Assembly (NCBI RefSeq): GCF_006345805.1
Contig: NC_042998.1
Span: forward strand, 176,390,001-176,454,000
Reading direction: 5' to 3'
DNA: 64,000 nucleotides
Source of the DNA: Octopus sinensis
Taxonomy: Eukaryota
Under the pieces are notes generated by a model. It was not told the origin of the DNA. It saw nothing but the letters and a program-made list of their open reading frames with translations, and did not search any database. Of this stretch, positions 27,313 through 41,579 are shown piece by piece (within the stretch, counting starts at the first letter, position 1; the number at the start of each line of letters is the position of its first letter). Made by a program: the position numbers and the translations under genes.

Positions 27313-27703
27313 TAGATAGTAGGAGCACTCCGTCGGTTACGACGATGAGGGTCCCAGCTGATACGATCAACGGAACAGCTTGCTCGTGGAATTAACGTGC
27401 AAGTGGCTGAGCACTCCACAGACACGTGTACCCTTAACGTAGTTCTCGAGGAGATTCAGTGTGACACAGAGTATGACAAGGCGGGCCCTTTGAAATACAG
27501 GTACAACAGAAACAGGAAGAAAGAGTGAGAGAAAGTTGTGGTGAAAGAGTACAGCAGGGTTCACCACCACCCGCTGCAGGAGCCTCGTGAAGCTTTAGGT
27601 GTTTTCGCTCAATAAACATTCACAATGCCCGGTCTGGGAATCGAAACCGCGATCCTACGACCGCGAGTCCGCTGCCCTAACCATTGGGCCATTGCGCCTC
27701 CAC
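27313..27703 (-). mobile_element. tRNA-derived SINE, family B head plus tail X
   Basis: Head GGAGGCGCAATGGCCCAATGGTTAGGGCAGCGGACTCGCGG...GGTTTCGATTCCC (A and B boxes). 13-bp TSD CCTTTGAATTAGA at 27300-27312 and 27704-27716. Confidence 0.9.
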
Positions 27704-28162
27704 CCTTTGAATTAGAATACTTACAGACACAAGAAATAAGGAATTCTTCCAGTCTATATATTTACGACTTATAATATTATAATAATCATATATTATAATC
27801 TTAGGGGTTCATCTATCTTTATAAAAATTGAGACATGTTTGTGCTAAAAAATGGACTGATTGAATAAGTGACTTCATTATTTTATAATTTATAATTTTCA
27901 TTTTTTATTTTCATTAATATATTTAGGTCAATTTATTTATTTTATGTTTTCGATTTTTATTTCTATTAGTTTATTTTTGGTATTTTTTATCACTTGTATC
28001 CTTTGTATTTCCGTGTTGTTCATTGTCAATGAAATGCTAAAAATAGAACGTGAGTATAAAACAATGGGAAATTACAGGTGATCCAGCAGAGTTCTCGAAG
28101 TCTCTCACATGAAAACCTGCAGGTACACTGCTATTGCTGGATAATGTTAATGCAAAAATGAA

Positions 28163-28380
28163 AGCGGTAAGTCAGCAGAATTATTAGCACACCTGGCAAA
28201 ATCCTTAGCGGCATTGCATTCGTTTTTACGTTCTGAATTCAAATTCTGCTGAGGTCGACTTTGATTTTCATCCTTCCGGGGTCGTTAAAATAAGTACCAA
28301 TTGAGCACTGGGATCGATGCAATCGACTTAACACCTCACCCCGAAATTGCTGGCTTTGTGCCAAAATTTGAAATCAATAT
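28163..28380 (+). mobile_element. Older family-A SINE copy
   Basis: GTTCTGAATTCAAATTC...GAGGTCGACTTTGATTTTCATCCTTCCGGGGTCG core. Confidence 0.75.
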
Positions 28381-28574
28381 TAATGCAAGAACGTGATTAA
28401 TTTGTGTATCACTCAGTAATTACCAGTTGATACAAGAGCTCTAATGATTTGGATTAGAGCCTACTCATTCCATCTTGTATTACAATCCTTTTATATACAT
28501 ACATACTTACTCACACACACACACACACACACACATACATACACACAAACATGTATGTATGGGTGGATGTGTAT

Positions 28575-29290
28575 ACGTAGGTTCCGTGTGGGAGCCGGCA
28601 AACCAAAGAATAGACCCAATGTCTTCTCTGCGTGTTGTAATAGGCGACAAAATGGGGTTGAAGCAGGATCTGCACTCCAGCCTCGCAAAACCCTCACCAG
28701 CGACATCCTCTTGTACAAGCCCCCAAAATTCTCTCCTACGTGGAAGTACTTCAAAGTGTCAGGACCCCTTACCGCCAAAGGGAGAAAAACTCTGGAGGAC
28801 AGGATGGTTTGGGGAGCTGTCGCATGAGCGGTGCGACGGTGTCATCTGTGTTTTTCTGCGTGAATGCACACACAAATACACGCAACAGAGAAAGCTTAGA
28901 AAGAATTAACCAATAGAAAATGAAGGAGTGTTGTTTTTTTTTACGTGTGTGATTTGTGAGAGGAAATACTTGAATCATGCAGGCGTGGTCAGCCATGCGA
29001 TAAGTCGCAGGAATAAACCCCTTTTAAATTGTGATACGGCTATTGTTCATAACAGAACATATGCAACCTGTGGAAAGGTTTGCCGTTCAGTTGGAGGATT
29101 GAAAAGTCATATCAAAAGACTTTATACTATGGCACCTATTCCTTCTGCCAGCCAGCACAACTGCGCATAATGCAATTAAATGTGCAGGGCTCAAGAATCA
29201 TATAAGGCCTCACACTGCATTATCAATGACTCATTTCAATGCTTCTTTCTAGCAATAGCTTTGCTCGTATACGAGAAAGCAGCCGCTATG
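28575..29290 (+). mobile_element. Internally deleted RTE-like LINE (5'UTR-like part plus C2H2-bearing 3' end) ending in (TATG)n
   Basis: 3' part reads TCGKVCRSVGGLKSHIKR (terminal C2H2 typical of RTE ORF2), then GCTCGTATACGAGAAAGCAGCCGCT-(ATGT)n. A homologous end lies at 45600-45820. Confidence 0.6.
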
Positions 29291-29294
29291 TATG

Positions 29295-29325
<31 letters not shown>

Positions 29326-30692
29326 GTGTGTGTGTGTGTATGTTTGTAAGTATGTATGCATGGACGCCTTAGAACGTCTCGTAAGATTATAGATCTGTAG
29401 CAAGAACATACCTCTCAAGAGCGAAGACTTGGAAAACCAGCAGGTCATATGGGTCACTTTTGGAAGACAAGCAGTTCATATGAGTAGCCCATCTCACCAT
29501 TCTACTTTGTCACAAAGAAAGGCATTGACAGTTAGAGCCTGACATCAGCGAGTCGGAACAAATATCGCAAGGCATCACGTCTGATATCCTAACAATTCTG
29601 CCAATCCTCAGTCCTGTTATATATAATCATAACATTACTTTAAATCTGATTCTTTATATATTTTTAAACGAACTTATTGTTAAACGTTTTATGCCAAAAA
29701 ATATTTTAGCTAAAATATAATCTTTTAATTTTCATATAATAACACATTCCGTTAAGTTTATTTAAAATTCAATTATTCATGTTTATTTCGGTGAATTAAT
29801 GTTTATTTCTTTCTGAAGTATTTTACAGACAAATTAGGTTCATTTGTGTTCTAGAAAAAGAATGCAGCAAGACGGAAACTTCATAGATGTCCGTCGGATA
29901 GCTTGTGTCATGCTGTGTGACACACTGTGTCACGCTGATTCTTCGAGCGAATTTCACTGTCAATGAAATGCTTAACCACTTACACGTTAATTCCTGATTA
30001 CATTATTCATTTGATCAACCAAATGTATCTCCGTCACCGAGTAACCGAGATCTACATAACCACACACACACAGGCGGAGATTATTAAATAACAACAACAA
30101 AGCATTTACTATTGAAAAGATTTAATACTTGAAGAGTCAAATATATTACAAAACGAGTGTCGAGTGGGACGTCAAATGTTGCCTACCTTGAGGCTTGTTT
30201 AAACGATGAGCCACGATTCACAATTAATAGCTATCAATACGTGTAAAATTCCGTAAAGGATATGGAGGTTGCAACGATGGTAAATTCTTAATGAAATGAT
30301 TTAGGATTGGCCAAAATGCCTGCTTTCATAGATCAGACATTATTGGCATGTTATTTAACTAAGTTGCAACTTATACATCAAAATAGACATACATGTTTAA
30401 TGCTAATTTTTCTACATGTGGTAACAAGTGGGTACTCGTATATAATAGCTAAGGTAATAGGTAATGACTTACAGTCGGTTTCACGAATTTGAACACCTGA
30501 GCAACCTGCTCATTGAATAAGCCAGTAAGGGACTTAACATTCCACAGATACGTGTAGCCACGACTTAATTCCTAGACAAATCAGCATCAGAAAGTTTGAA
30601 TGGATATGGAAGTTTTGCTACAGCCGTTTTGGCGCTGCCACTTTGGCGTCGTCGATTTGATGTTGACTTATTTCACGTTAGATGTTTTAATG

Positions 30693-30744
<52 letters not shown>

Positions 30745-31089
30745 TTCTGGTCATGTGTGTGAGTATATTTCTATTTATGTGTATAAGGTGAGGGAAAGAG
30801 TTTATGTCAACGGGCTCATTTAAGAATTATAATGTCTCTCCCTCTCTCAGCAGTGCCAAACCACCAGCGTTCAAGCACTCGCATCTTATTATCTCATTCT
30901 ACAAGAAAAACCCGAAACAACTGTTTCTGTCCCCCCGATTTCACTCAAAGCTTGAATCAATCTGAAGCTAAGAGTAAAAAAAAAAAAAAAAGCAGTTGCC
31001 CGAGATGCCAAGCAGCGGAATCAAAATAGAGACCTCGTATTTTCAAAGTGAACATCTTAACCATTCGGCTATATATGTATTCAGAATTA

Positions 31090-31660
31090 AATAAGATATT
31101 TTAATACAGCTTTTAATCAAAATATGGCTAACGAACGATTAAGTAGGTATACAGATAAATCACACGTATACTTAGAGGAACACTTCTCCACTACATGCTA
31201 TTATGTACATATTTGTGTAGAAAATAATCACCAATATTTTTAATTAAATCAAATATTTCGAGGATGCTTTTGCATCAAAATATTCACAAAGAATGAAATG
31301 ACTTTATTGGTAAATTATTTATAAGCTAACAGTGATATATCTTCCTACAAGCAATTACATACGTATCTACGCATATTATTTTTAAAGTATACTTTACGTA
31401 AAATTATATCTACACACATTACTTATATTAAAACATTCTTATACTCAGAAAAATATTTGAAGATAGCTTTTACATCAAAATAGGATCGCAAATAATTAGA
31501 TGAATGTGTAATAATTCACATGTATATTTACTCGCCCTATTTCTAAGACAATTACATACATTTATAGTGGATTTTAACTAAACGCGTACATGCCATTAAA
31601 TGAAATATTTCCTGATAGCTTTTGTATAAAAGTACACTCTCAAATGTTTAAAATGGTACT
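31090..31660. repeat. Ancient diverged tandem repeat (4 units, ~150-200-bp spacing)
   Basis: Motif A(A/G)ATATTT.....AGCTTTT...TCAAAATA recurs near 31093, 31251, 31451 and 31603. Confidence 0.5.
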
Positions 31661-32440
31661 CTAGTGTTGTTCTGTATGTTCAGTGTCTCTATAAAGATCA
31701 GTTCAGTAAGTTTTTTTAGTTTGGATAAAAAAAAAGTTTTTTCTAAGATTCCAAGGCACAATGTTTGTATGGCTTTTTTTTTTTTTACTATACAGGTTTG
31801 GTTAGTCACATGATAGAATATTCCAGGAAATGTTGCAAGAGTGTGACGTAAGGTAAAATATCAATTTCTGAGCAAGGCGTTTTCTTCGTAATTGATATAA
31901 ATTTCAGTTGGTGCAGTTGCAGTTAGATATATTTATATTTTGGTGGACCTGTTGGGAATTATTTTTGACTGGTGGTGCAACAGACACACTCGAGTGTGTG
32001 TATATGGAAGTATACAGACACACACATGCGCGCACACACGCACACGTGCACACGCGCATGCACACGCACACGCACACGCATGCGCACACGCGCACGCACA
32101 CGCACGCACACAAGCACATACACAAACACACACTCACACAAACAGAGACACACACATACACATACATACACACATACACACACAATATATATATATATAT
32201 ATATATATAGATATACATACATACAAGTATGCATGTATGCATATATATGTACATAATATATGCTGGTAGATATATGCATGCTTATACATACGAACACACA
32301 CACAAACTCACACAGACAGACACATACACACACACATACATATATATAATATAATATGATATAATATAATATAATATAATATTATATTATATTATATTAT
32401 ATATATATATATATATATTTGCAACGTATTTACTCTCTAT

Positions 32441-32532
<92 letters not shown>

Positions 32533-33262
32533 TGATGTGTATATTTCTGTACTCCGTTTCTTTAAATGTATATATTTGCATGCATACGGTTTTGTGCAAA
32601 TATAATAATCTCTTTGCTTTTTCTCTGGCGAGTTATATCTGTTTTGTTTTCATGTTTTAACTAGCAGTACATTGTATCGATTTTATTACACGGTCTTTTA
32701 GTTTTTATCTTGCAGATTGTGTAAGAGTTAAAATTAAAATTTCTTCAATGAGTAACCTCCCCCCACCACCACTTTCCCCATTGCCATAATTTCCAACTCC
32801 CTCTCTTTTTTTACTTCACGCCTTCTTATAGAATACTTTTTGTTTTCTCTATTTTGTTTTTCATAATTCGCTCGCTTTTCTTTATGATTTTTAACATACA
32901 AGCGTTCTTGTAAATTTGTTCCTCTGTTCGCTAACGTTTTAACATGTCAATTCGTTTATTTGACACTAGCGGCTATTTTAAACAGTTCATTAAAATTGTG
33001 TTCTCTCTCCCTCTCTTTCTTCTCTTTCTCTCTCTCTCTTTCTCTTCCTCTCTCTCTCTCTCTCTTGCTCTCTCTTTTCTCTCTTTTCTACCTTTCACTC
33101 TCATTCTCTTTCCCTGTTTTTTTTTTATATTTTACTCTGCACCACTATATTTAAAGATATATATTGATTAGTCTATCTATCCAGCGATCTAGGTATTTAT
33201 AGTCCTAGCAACATACCGACCTGACAAACTTTCTATCCTATCTATCTATCTATCTATCTATC

Positions 33263-33325
<63 letters not shown>

Positions 33326-33361
33326 AACTCTTCTTTGTGTCTCCTTTTCTTTCTTTCTCTT

Positions 33362-33402
<41 letters not shown>

Positions 33403-33637
33403 CTTTCCCCACTTCAGTCTATGCTTTAAATATTTAACTAAGACTGACTAATGTCTTTTCAACGTTATCTAGCAATAAAACATGTTTACTTTTCTGTACT
33501 TCACTTTTTCGCTTGTGTATGTATGTATGTATGAATGTATGTATGTAAGTGTGTGTGTATGTATGCATGTATGTATGCGCACATATATGTGTAGTAAGTT
33601 TATACATGCATGTAAGAATGTATGTGCGTACGTAAGC

Positions 33638-33668
<31 letters not shown>

Positions 33669-33828
33669 TGTATGTATGTATGTATGTATGTATGTATGCA
33701 TGTATGTATGTATGTATGTATGTAAGCATATGTATGTGTGTATGTATGTATGTATGTAAGTATGCGCACATATATGCGTAGTATGTAAGTTTATACATGC
33801 ATGTAAGAATGTATGTACGTACGTAAGC

Positions 33829-33859
<31 letters not shown>

Positions 33860-33865
33860 TGTATG

Positions 33866-33896
<31 letters not shown>

Positions 33897-33898
33897 GC

Positions 33899-33929
<31 letters not shown>

Positions 33930-34344
33930 TGTATATATATATGCATGTATGTATGAATGTGTGCATGTATGTATTAATGTATGTATGCATGCATGTATGA
34001 TTGAAGGTTCTTGTACTTTTATTTTTCAAATTTCTCACAAATGAAAAAAGATTCTTCCTAACCCAGAAACAAGGATTTTTCATTAGAATTTAGACGACAC
34101 AGTAGTCATCTATGTACGTATGCTTCCACTTTTTAAAAAAAATTAGTATTTTGTTAGTATTTTTTCTAGAAAGAGGAGCTACTATAAAAAAAAAAAGAAT
34201 TAAAAAAAAAATAAAAGCTCCAGTACTAGAATTTGGATAGCAAAAACGAGAATTGTCACATATTGAACTTTAAGAAGTTCTTCATATTTTTACTGTTCCA
34301 CTTACAGAATTTACTTTAAAATTCGTGTAAGCAGGTGTGTTTCT

Positions 34345-35760
34345 TTGTGTGAAAATCCTAATTTTGTGCAGGTAGTTGCTTGGGCATTTACTAACGTAAC
34401 CAAGCATTCAAATAATTATTGTTATAAATGTACCTTCATAACCAAGGCAGAAGGGCTGCAGGTTTCGAAGAAGTTGTCTGTAGATCTTTCCCTTCTCAGT
34501 GATCTTGGAAGATATGTTCACATTTCCAGAACCACTAAAGTCTATAACTGTACATGGATTTTTTTTGTATCCTGAATGACTATGCTAAGTCTGTTTTGTT
34601 TGCGCTTGGTAGAAATTTTGATGAGTATTTTCCACAAAAATTATTTTTTGCTGATAAGTATGTATGTATTTGATATCAAATTTATTGTTTATATTCGTAT
34701 CAGGCAGTCTTTTCTGCAGGTGGCATGGTACATTATTTTGGTGTCAACACCATATCACTGTAAGAATAGTACCTCGATGATATTCTAGGTAGCTGCTGAC
34801 AACATGTATTATATACTCAATAGAAGAGTACCATAATCATTTGCAGTTGCCCTTTTGTATGAAGTATTTCGTAGCTGCCACCTGCTCTTGGATTGCTAAG
34901 CGTAGAATCCAAGAAGTGATGTGATATATTGGTTACAAATCCAAAAGCTGCTCCACTTCATGTGAATATTGTCATCGTTTTCAAAATTTACGAGAAACAT
35001 ATCCATGCATGTGGAGGTGCAATGGCCCAGTGGTTAGGACAGCGGACTCGCGGTCGTAGGATCGCGGTTTCGATTCCCAGACCGGGCGTTGTGAGTGTTT
35101 ATTGAGCGAAAACACCTAAAAGCTCCACGATGCCCCGGTAGCGGGTGGTGGCGATCCCTGCTGTACTCTTTCGCCACAAATTTCTCCCACTCTTTCTTCT
35201 GTTGGCCTGCTCACTTAGCCAGCGGGCTGGCGCCATTTGAAGGCTAAAACAATGCAAAGCGCATTGTGACCAGCGGTGTGTTGCAACATCTGATAGCCTG
35301 GTCAGTCACAGTGATCACGGTGATCACGGTGATATCCATGCATAGCATTTTTATGGTATGCAGAGATTTTCTCATCCAGGTGTTTTTATTTTTATTTTTA
35401 TAGATATGCGAGCCCTGCTCTTGTAGATTTGTATGAGAGATTATCAAGAAGTGCTTCTTGATGAATTCAACACCAATCCGAAGGATGCTATTCACTTCCT
35501 TTTTGAGCACGTAGTCCATATATTTATTTCTACTACTATTGTTTAGCAGGTGCTAAGCGGCACTCGAAGGCTGCTTGTACTAATATCAAACATCTTCCCC
35601 CGCATTTCATCTGAGATAGAGTCTCGTTGTATATGAAAATTTGCAGTTTATGTCAGGATCTTGCAGATTTTAATGTATATAGAGCGAATTTTCCCAGTAG
35701 ACCAGTCGAATATCCCAAATATTGGTATCAGCACTGATATTGAAAATGAATTGTACGGTA
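34345..35760 (-). mobile_element. Degenerate R4/Dong-like LINE 3' half (thumb, zinc-knuckle region, RLE endonuclease), interrupted by a SINE
   Basis: Minus-strand translation fragments: YNSFSISVLIPIFGIFDWS..KIRSI.IKI.KILT..ANFHI (homologous to 16060-16265), MHGY, SSRYY, KQNRLSIVIQD (decayed HNRPDIV), NISSKITEKGKIYRQLLRNL, MLGYVSK. Confidence 0.7.
35011..35331 (+). mobile_element. tRNA-derived SINE, family B head plus tail Y
   Basis: Same head as 27313-27703, different 3' half ending in (GTGATCACG)n. 12-bp TSD ATATCCATGCAT at 34999-35010 and 35332-35343. Confidence 0.9.
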
Positions 35761-36072
35761 TTGTCTTATTTAAATATGGGTAGTTGTTTTGAATCTCTGC
35801 GCTCCGAGTTGAAATCCTGTTGAAGTCAACTGTACCTTTTATTATTTCGACGTCGATAATAAAAAAACATTACCAAACCTGAGCGTTCTAAAGGGGTGAT
35901 TTTATAAAAACGTTGGGTTCCTCTTGCGGCTCTTTACATTCTGGTGTCCAGGAAGGCAGGGAGAGAATTATTGCGAGACAGGGATTTTCTCCCAAAGATT
36001 GAAATGGCTAGATGCTAGTCAATTACAACAAAACGTGACACACAAATGCATAGATATTTTACTACATATAGG

Positions 36073-36125
<53 letters not shown>

Positions 36126-36846
36126 TGTGTGTGGGCAAGTGAATACATGTAAACATAAGTGCGTATAAGATGTATGTATGTATGTATGTATGTATGTATC
36201 TGAGTGAGTAAGAAAGAATAAAGGGAATAAATAGAAACATTGACAAACAGACAGACAAGCAGGGGACATGTAAATATGGTGGTAATGACACTCTGTTGTC
36301 ATTGTGAAGCAAGAAAAAAAAACAAGAAAGAGGAAGAGAGAGAGGATAAAGTGGGAATTATAGGTAAAAAAAAAGCCGAATAGGAACATAGTGTTAAGGG
36401 TTAGACGGAGATTCTGAAAAGCTCTTGTAATAGACGTGGGAGAGCAGTGGAAGAATTTTATAGCTAGGAGAATCATCACTAGGAAATCCAAATTGCAGAA
36501 CGTGATATTTATATTTCTAACTCTTTAACTGCAGCATCCAATAAATTGGTGCTTGAAAAACATTTTCCGTCTCCTCCGAAATTAAGAAAAACCGAAAAAA
36601 AAAAAAAAAACTATCCTTATATATATTATTAGAGACAAAAACAAACAAACAAACAAAACAGCAAAGTAGTGAGAATTATGATAGTGTAACGGCAAGTTAA
36701 AGTCAAGCAGAATAATTTCATTGTTAATCTGATTTTCGCTCTCCATGTTAATTGGAGGATGTGGGGGCGGTTCTGTATGTTTGTGGGTGTATATGTGGTG
36801 CTTGTGTGTGAGTGTATATAAATATGTACATACAATGCATACATAC

Positions 36847-36877
<31 letters not shown>

Positions 36878-37084
36878 CATGCATGTATGTATGTATGTAT
36901 GTATGTATGTATGTATGTAGTATGTATGCATGTATGTATGCATGCATGTATGTATGTATGTATGTATGTATGCATGTATGTATGCATGTATGTATGTATG
37001 CATGCATGTATGTATGTATGTATGTATGTATGTAATGTATGTATGTATGTATCTTATGCGTGTGTATAAATTCTTTGGGGAATT

Positions 37085-37448
37085 TTTCTCAGTCATTAGC
37101 CTGCGGCCATGACGGGACGCCGCCTCGAAGTGTTTAGTCGAACTAAACAACCCCAATACTCACATTTTTCTAAAGTCTGGTACTTATTATATCGGTTTCT
37201 TTTTGCCGAACTGCTAGATTACAGGGACGTAATAAAAAAACCCAACACCAATGTCCAGTGGTGGTGGGTGACAAACACAAACATAAAGACACACACATGC
37301 ATATATACAACGGACTCCTTACAGTTTCCGTCTGCCGTATCCACTCACAAGGTTTTGATTGATCCGAAGCGATTGTAGAAGACACTTGCCAAGGTGCCAG
37401 GCAGTGAGACTGAACCTGGAACCATGGTGTAGGAAGTTAACTTCCTAC
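37085..37448 (-). mobile_element. Family-D SINE, diverged copy
   Basis: Homologous to 57635-58020 (GGCACCTTGGCAAGTGTCTTCTAC..., GACGGAAACTG). Confidence 0.75.
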
Positions 37449-38323
37449 TTCAAATCTACGCCTGATATGTAAGAATATATATATGATTGTATTATTTATA
37501 TGAATATATGTGTGTATGTATATATACACATTTAGATGAATGTGTGTGTGTGAGTATATTTAAGCATACGTATGTGTGTGCATGCGTGTAAATTATCAAT
37601 AACTGTTGTTCTATCAAGACTAAATTAATTAGCATTTTATCACTTATTTTGATTGATTGCGAATTTATAAGTAGAAAAAAGAAATTAGTGGAATTTAATT
37701 TTTAAAACACGAATTCATTAGATTTAAAGTGTATCGCAATTTAGCCATTGTCACTGTAGCATGTTACAGATTTAAAGCTTGTCTTAATTAAATGAATAGT
37801 AATATAATATGTTATGGTCTTTTGTTTGGAGATAAACAAACATTTTTTAGTATATATATATATATAGATATAGTGCATCATCAAAGAAGTGTAAACCACA
37901 AATCTATTATCAGAAATTGATGAAAAAATGAAAATGTATTACAAGTATTTTTAGAATGTAAACAACATACAATTATCGCTGGAAAGAACAAAGCTCCAAA
38001 AACATGTAAAATGGTTGCACATCCGCTATGTCCGCAAGAGATACGGGTTCTAGTTTCACAGGCAGCATTCGACATTTTTCCCAACCAATTTTTTTTTTGT
38101 TAATACAATATTCTACATGCTATCGTTTAAGGCTTTACCTTCTTCAAGGTCCACCTTTAAAACGATTTATTTAATGATCCTTAATTTAAATGTTTTGTCT
38201 GCGTGTGAATATGTATGTATGTGTGTGAGAATGCATTGATATTTGTATTTTTGTTCAGTTACAATAAAAACAATTTTATATTAATCTGATGGGTTACTCT
38301 ATACTTTTGTGTACTTTATGTAT

Positions 38324-39151
38324 ACCTTATACATAAATGGCAATTTCTGTCTGTCCATATGTCTGTTACTATATTGCTGCCTACACCAGTGAACCAATTT
38401 TGCCGAAACATTGCATATATGTTAAACTAACATCCAGTTCAAGTATAAACTAATTAGATTTCAATTAAAATCTATAATGGGTCCCCTAGGGAGGTTGGGC
38501 TAATAATTGTTAAAATGAGAAGAGTGCAAAGAGTGTTAGTGTGAGGGAAATATGGTGGCATAGTGAGTGTGGCTGATATCAGGGAAGGGAAGAACAGCGT
38601 TGTGTAAGCGACAAATATGGAGTGGCAGTGGGGTAATAACGTTAATACAGCTGTCATTCAAAGATATACACGCGACGCTGCATACATACCTTCGTAAATA
38701 CTTAGATACATGCATATATACACACACACCATACACACACATACACACACACATGCACATACACATAACTAACTTTTAAAACGCCGAGGAAAGGAAAGAA
38801 AGGTTGGTGTGAAGAATACGTACCTTTGAAGAGAGGTGGTAGGTGGCTTTCTGCTGTCCATCGCAAAGAAACATTCACACACATCACACACATACATGCA
38901 TGCATACATACATACATACATGCATACATACATACATGCATATATACGAACAGGCATTAAGTAATTTTAAAGCGAAAAAAATAATTCCTCAACGAAGTTT
39001 TTCTGCGAAAAATTGCACAAATCTGTCCCGAACAAGAGGCCTATCTCTCTGGGAAGACATGGTCTGACATGGTCTGACATGGAATAAACAGTAATTTATA
39101 TTAGACATTCTATTGTAAACATTTCCCGGCAACGACTAGCTTTTCAGCTAG
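38324..39151 (+). mobile_element. Degenerate non-autonomous Helitron
   Basis: 5' CCTTATACATAAATGG...CTGTCTGTC; 3' decayed hairpin CCCGGCAACG... followed by CTAG|T. Confidence 0.45.
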
Positions 39152-39159
39152 TGTGTATG

Positions 39160-39248
<89 letters not shown>

Positions 39249-40447
39249 TTATATCACATAGTGGTCATCCCTCTCATATGTATGTAGTACAATTATCTGA
39301 ACCTTCAGATTTTAATATGCTGGACCGCTGGTTTTAAATTGATGTTAATCAAAATAATATCCAGTTTTTCACCCACATTTTGAATTTAAATTTAAATAAA
39401 TATGTTCTCTAACCGGCAAAGGCTACTGCACTATTATTTCCGGTATTTTAGCGCGCCAAAACGAGAACTTTTGAAAAGTAACCACAAGAGCAAGGCACTT
39501 CATTTTCTGTCATTCTAGTCTACTCGGTTATTGAAGCCCAGGTTCCTCCCCTGTATCAGGGTTATAGGGGACAATAGGTGTCTACGTCTGCTTACAACTA
39601 TATATGCATTAAAATAATTATCGAAAACAAGTTACATATTGCCAAGACATACATGTTCTCGTATGATAGCTGAATATACGGTACATGCTATCTGAAAAAA
39701 CTAATTATATATAACTAAAAGGAAGAATCTCTGATAAAATGAGAGCTTCGAAAACTTGCTCGTACACCCTGTGTTGAAATCCGCTTCGCGTGTTTCATCG
39801 TGTTTGAGGGCCGAATAGTTTATTTTGAATTGTCGCAGTCAATCTAATTGAGGAGAACAAACACCTCAATTTGGAACTTCACCTGCGACTGACTGGCGAA
39901 ATTATCCGAGGTACTATTATATTTTATGCATGTAACAAGAAAATCAGCAGAAGCTAAATTCCCTCTAGGTTTAGGATACTGTCGATACTGCTCTGTTGTT
40001 GTGTTGCTCCAGTTCAGTGCTGAACTGACAGGCCTATAATATAAACGCTCCACAGTACCCATACTGTCTGTTTCAAGTATTATGTATGTAGGACTATTCT
40101 GCTTGTTGTGTCATTCCTCTTTTAAGACGTTGATATGTAATTTGTAGGCTACTTCTAGTAGGATCAACAACCAAGTAGAAAATCCCTCACTGTATCATGT
40201 AGCATCAGTTATAACTTAGAGGAAGATTGTGCTAAACAGAAGAGTACCAATTATGTTGAAACTGTCTGACGCTCCGCGGCATCGAGGTCTCTGCAAGTCA
40301 TATGTCATGTGGTACTGAATTGGTCTTACATGCAGAGTTTCTAAGGGTAGTGGATTGATTTTCTTTTGGTTGACACAAATCGTTGTTGCTGTTTCATTAG
40401 CAGTCTATAAGTATATGTGTTTGTTTGTTTGTGTGTGTGTGTGTGTA

Positions 40448-40486
<39 letters not shown>

Positions 40487-41028
40487 TGTGTGTGTGTGTG
40501 TGTACACATAGAAAGATAGCTAAATAATAAATAGATATGGATATGTATAGATATAAACATTCATAAGTGTGTGTGTATGTGTGCATGTGCTTATATGTAT
40601 TTATTTACATATACATATGCATATACATATAAGCAGAGAGCGAGCGAGCGAGCGAGAGAGAGAGAGAGAAAGAGAGAACGGGGGAGAGACAGAGAGAGAG
40701 AGACAGAAAGAAAGAGGAAAACGGGAGAGGAAGGGAGAGAGAAATGATAGATAGATAGATAGATAGGTAGTTTATAAGGTTTGAATAAGGTAATAAAAAT
40801 GTGTATCACTCTATACAAATATGTATTGTAATTGTATAACTATGTAAAGTAATATAGGTCATAGATTTTTCAGCATGACTACTAAGGTTCTTGTAGCTGG
40901 AACATTCGTCAGATTAAGTTCTTTATTTATCTCAGCGTTTCCAAAAAAATATTTTGAAAAATACATAAATAAATAAAGCTTTTCCGTTTCCATTTGGGTG
41001 CATACCTCTTAAATGGTAAAAATGAGTT

Positions 41029-41300
41029 ATTTCTCCTATAGAGTACAATGACTCCCAAGAGCTATTGTGTGAAATAAATCAACTGAAAATAGATCAAACA
41101 TAGAAAAGAAAGGAACAGTTAATATGCAAAGAATAAGGGACTTGTCAAAAATAACATATCGACATATTTCTCCATGTAATATAATGAATCTTAGGGGCTA
41201 TTGTTTGAAATAAATAAATCAAAAATAGATCAAAAATGGGGGAAGAAAAGAGTGGTTAATATTCGAAGAATATGGGACTTGTTAAAAATCACACACCGAC
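41029..41300. repeat. Diverged ~137-bp tandem duplication just upstream of the second F-box exon
   Basis: TTTCTCC...GCTATTGT.TGAAATAAAT.AA..AAAATAGATCAAA...GGGACTTGT.AAAAAT.ACA.A.CGAC occurs twice. Confidence 0.7.
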
Positions 41301-41379
41301 GGATGAGAGACGCGTTTGGTGTTGTATTTACATATTTTGCTGGCATACAATCACAGTGTTTTTTTAAATTTTATTGCAG

Positions 41380-41579
41380 GTTTCGTCGCAATGGTGTTCT
41401 TTAGCCAACAATAACGAAGTCTGGAAAGTTAAGTATCATGAATCTTTTATTTGTTTACCAAGATATTTAGATGAACAATACCGTTGCTGGAAAGAAATAT
41501 ATCGACAAGCAGTCAAGCTTCATTTTAATTGGACGAATGGATATGCCAAGAGACTTGAATTGTGTGGACATAAAGACAA
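41380..41579 (+). CDS. Coding exon of the same F-box/WD40 gene: end of F-box, linker and start of the first WD40 repeat
   Basis: Acceptor ttttattgcAG, then 200 nt reading VSSQWCSLANNNEVWKVKY...CWKEIYRQAVKLHFNWTNGYAKRLELCGHKD, then donor AA|GTATGT. It continues the 5316-5414 exon in frame (VCQ|VSSQW). WK..Y.....L..NW..G.....L.GH is the FBXW7/beta-TrCP-type linker into WD1. Confidence 0.9.

Noticed and set aside
31797-31852. Acceptor/donor-bounded segment inside the large intron
   Set aside because: It has an in-frame TGA in phase 0, and the F-box is already complete without it.
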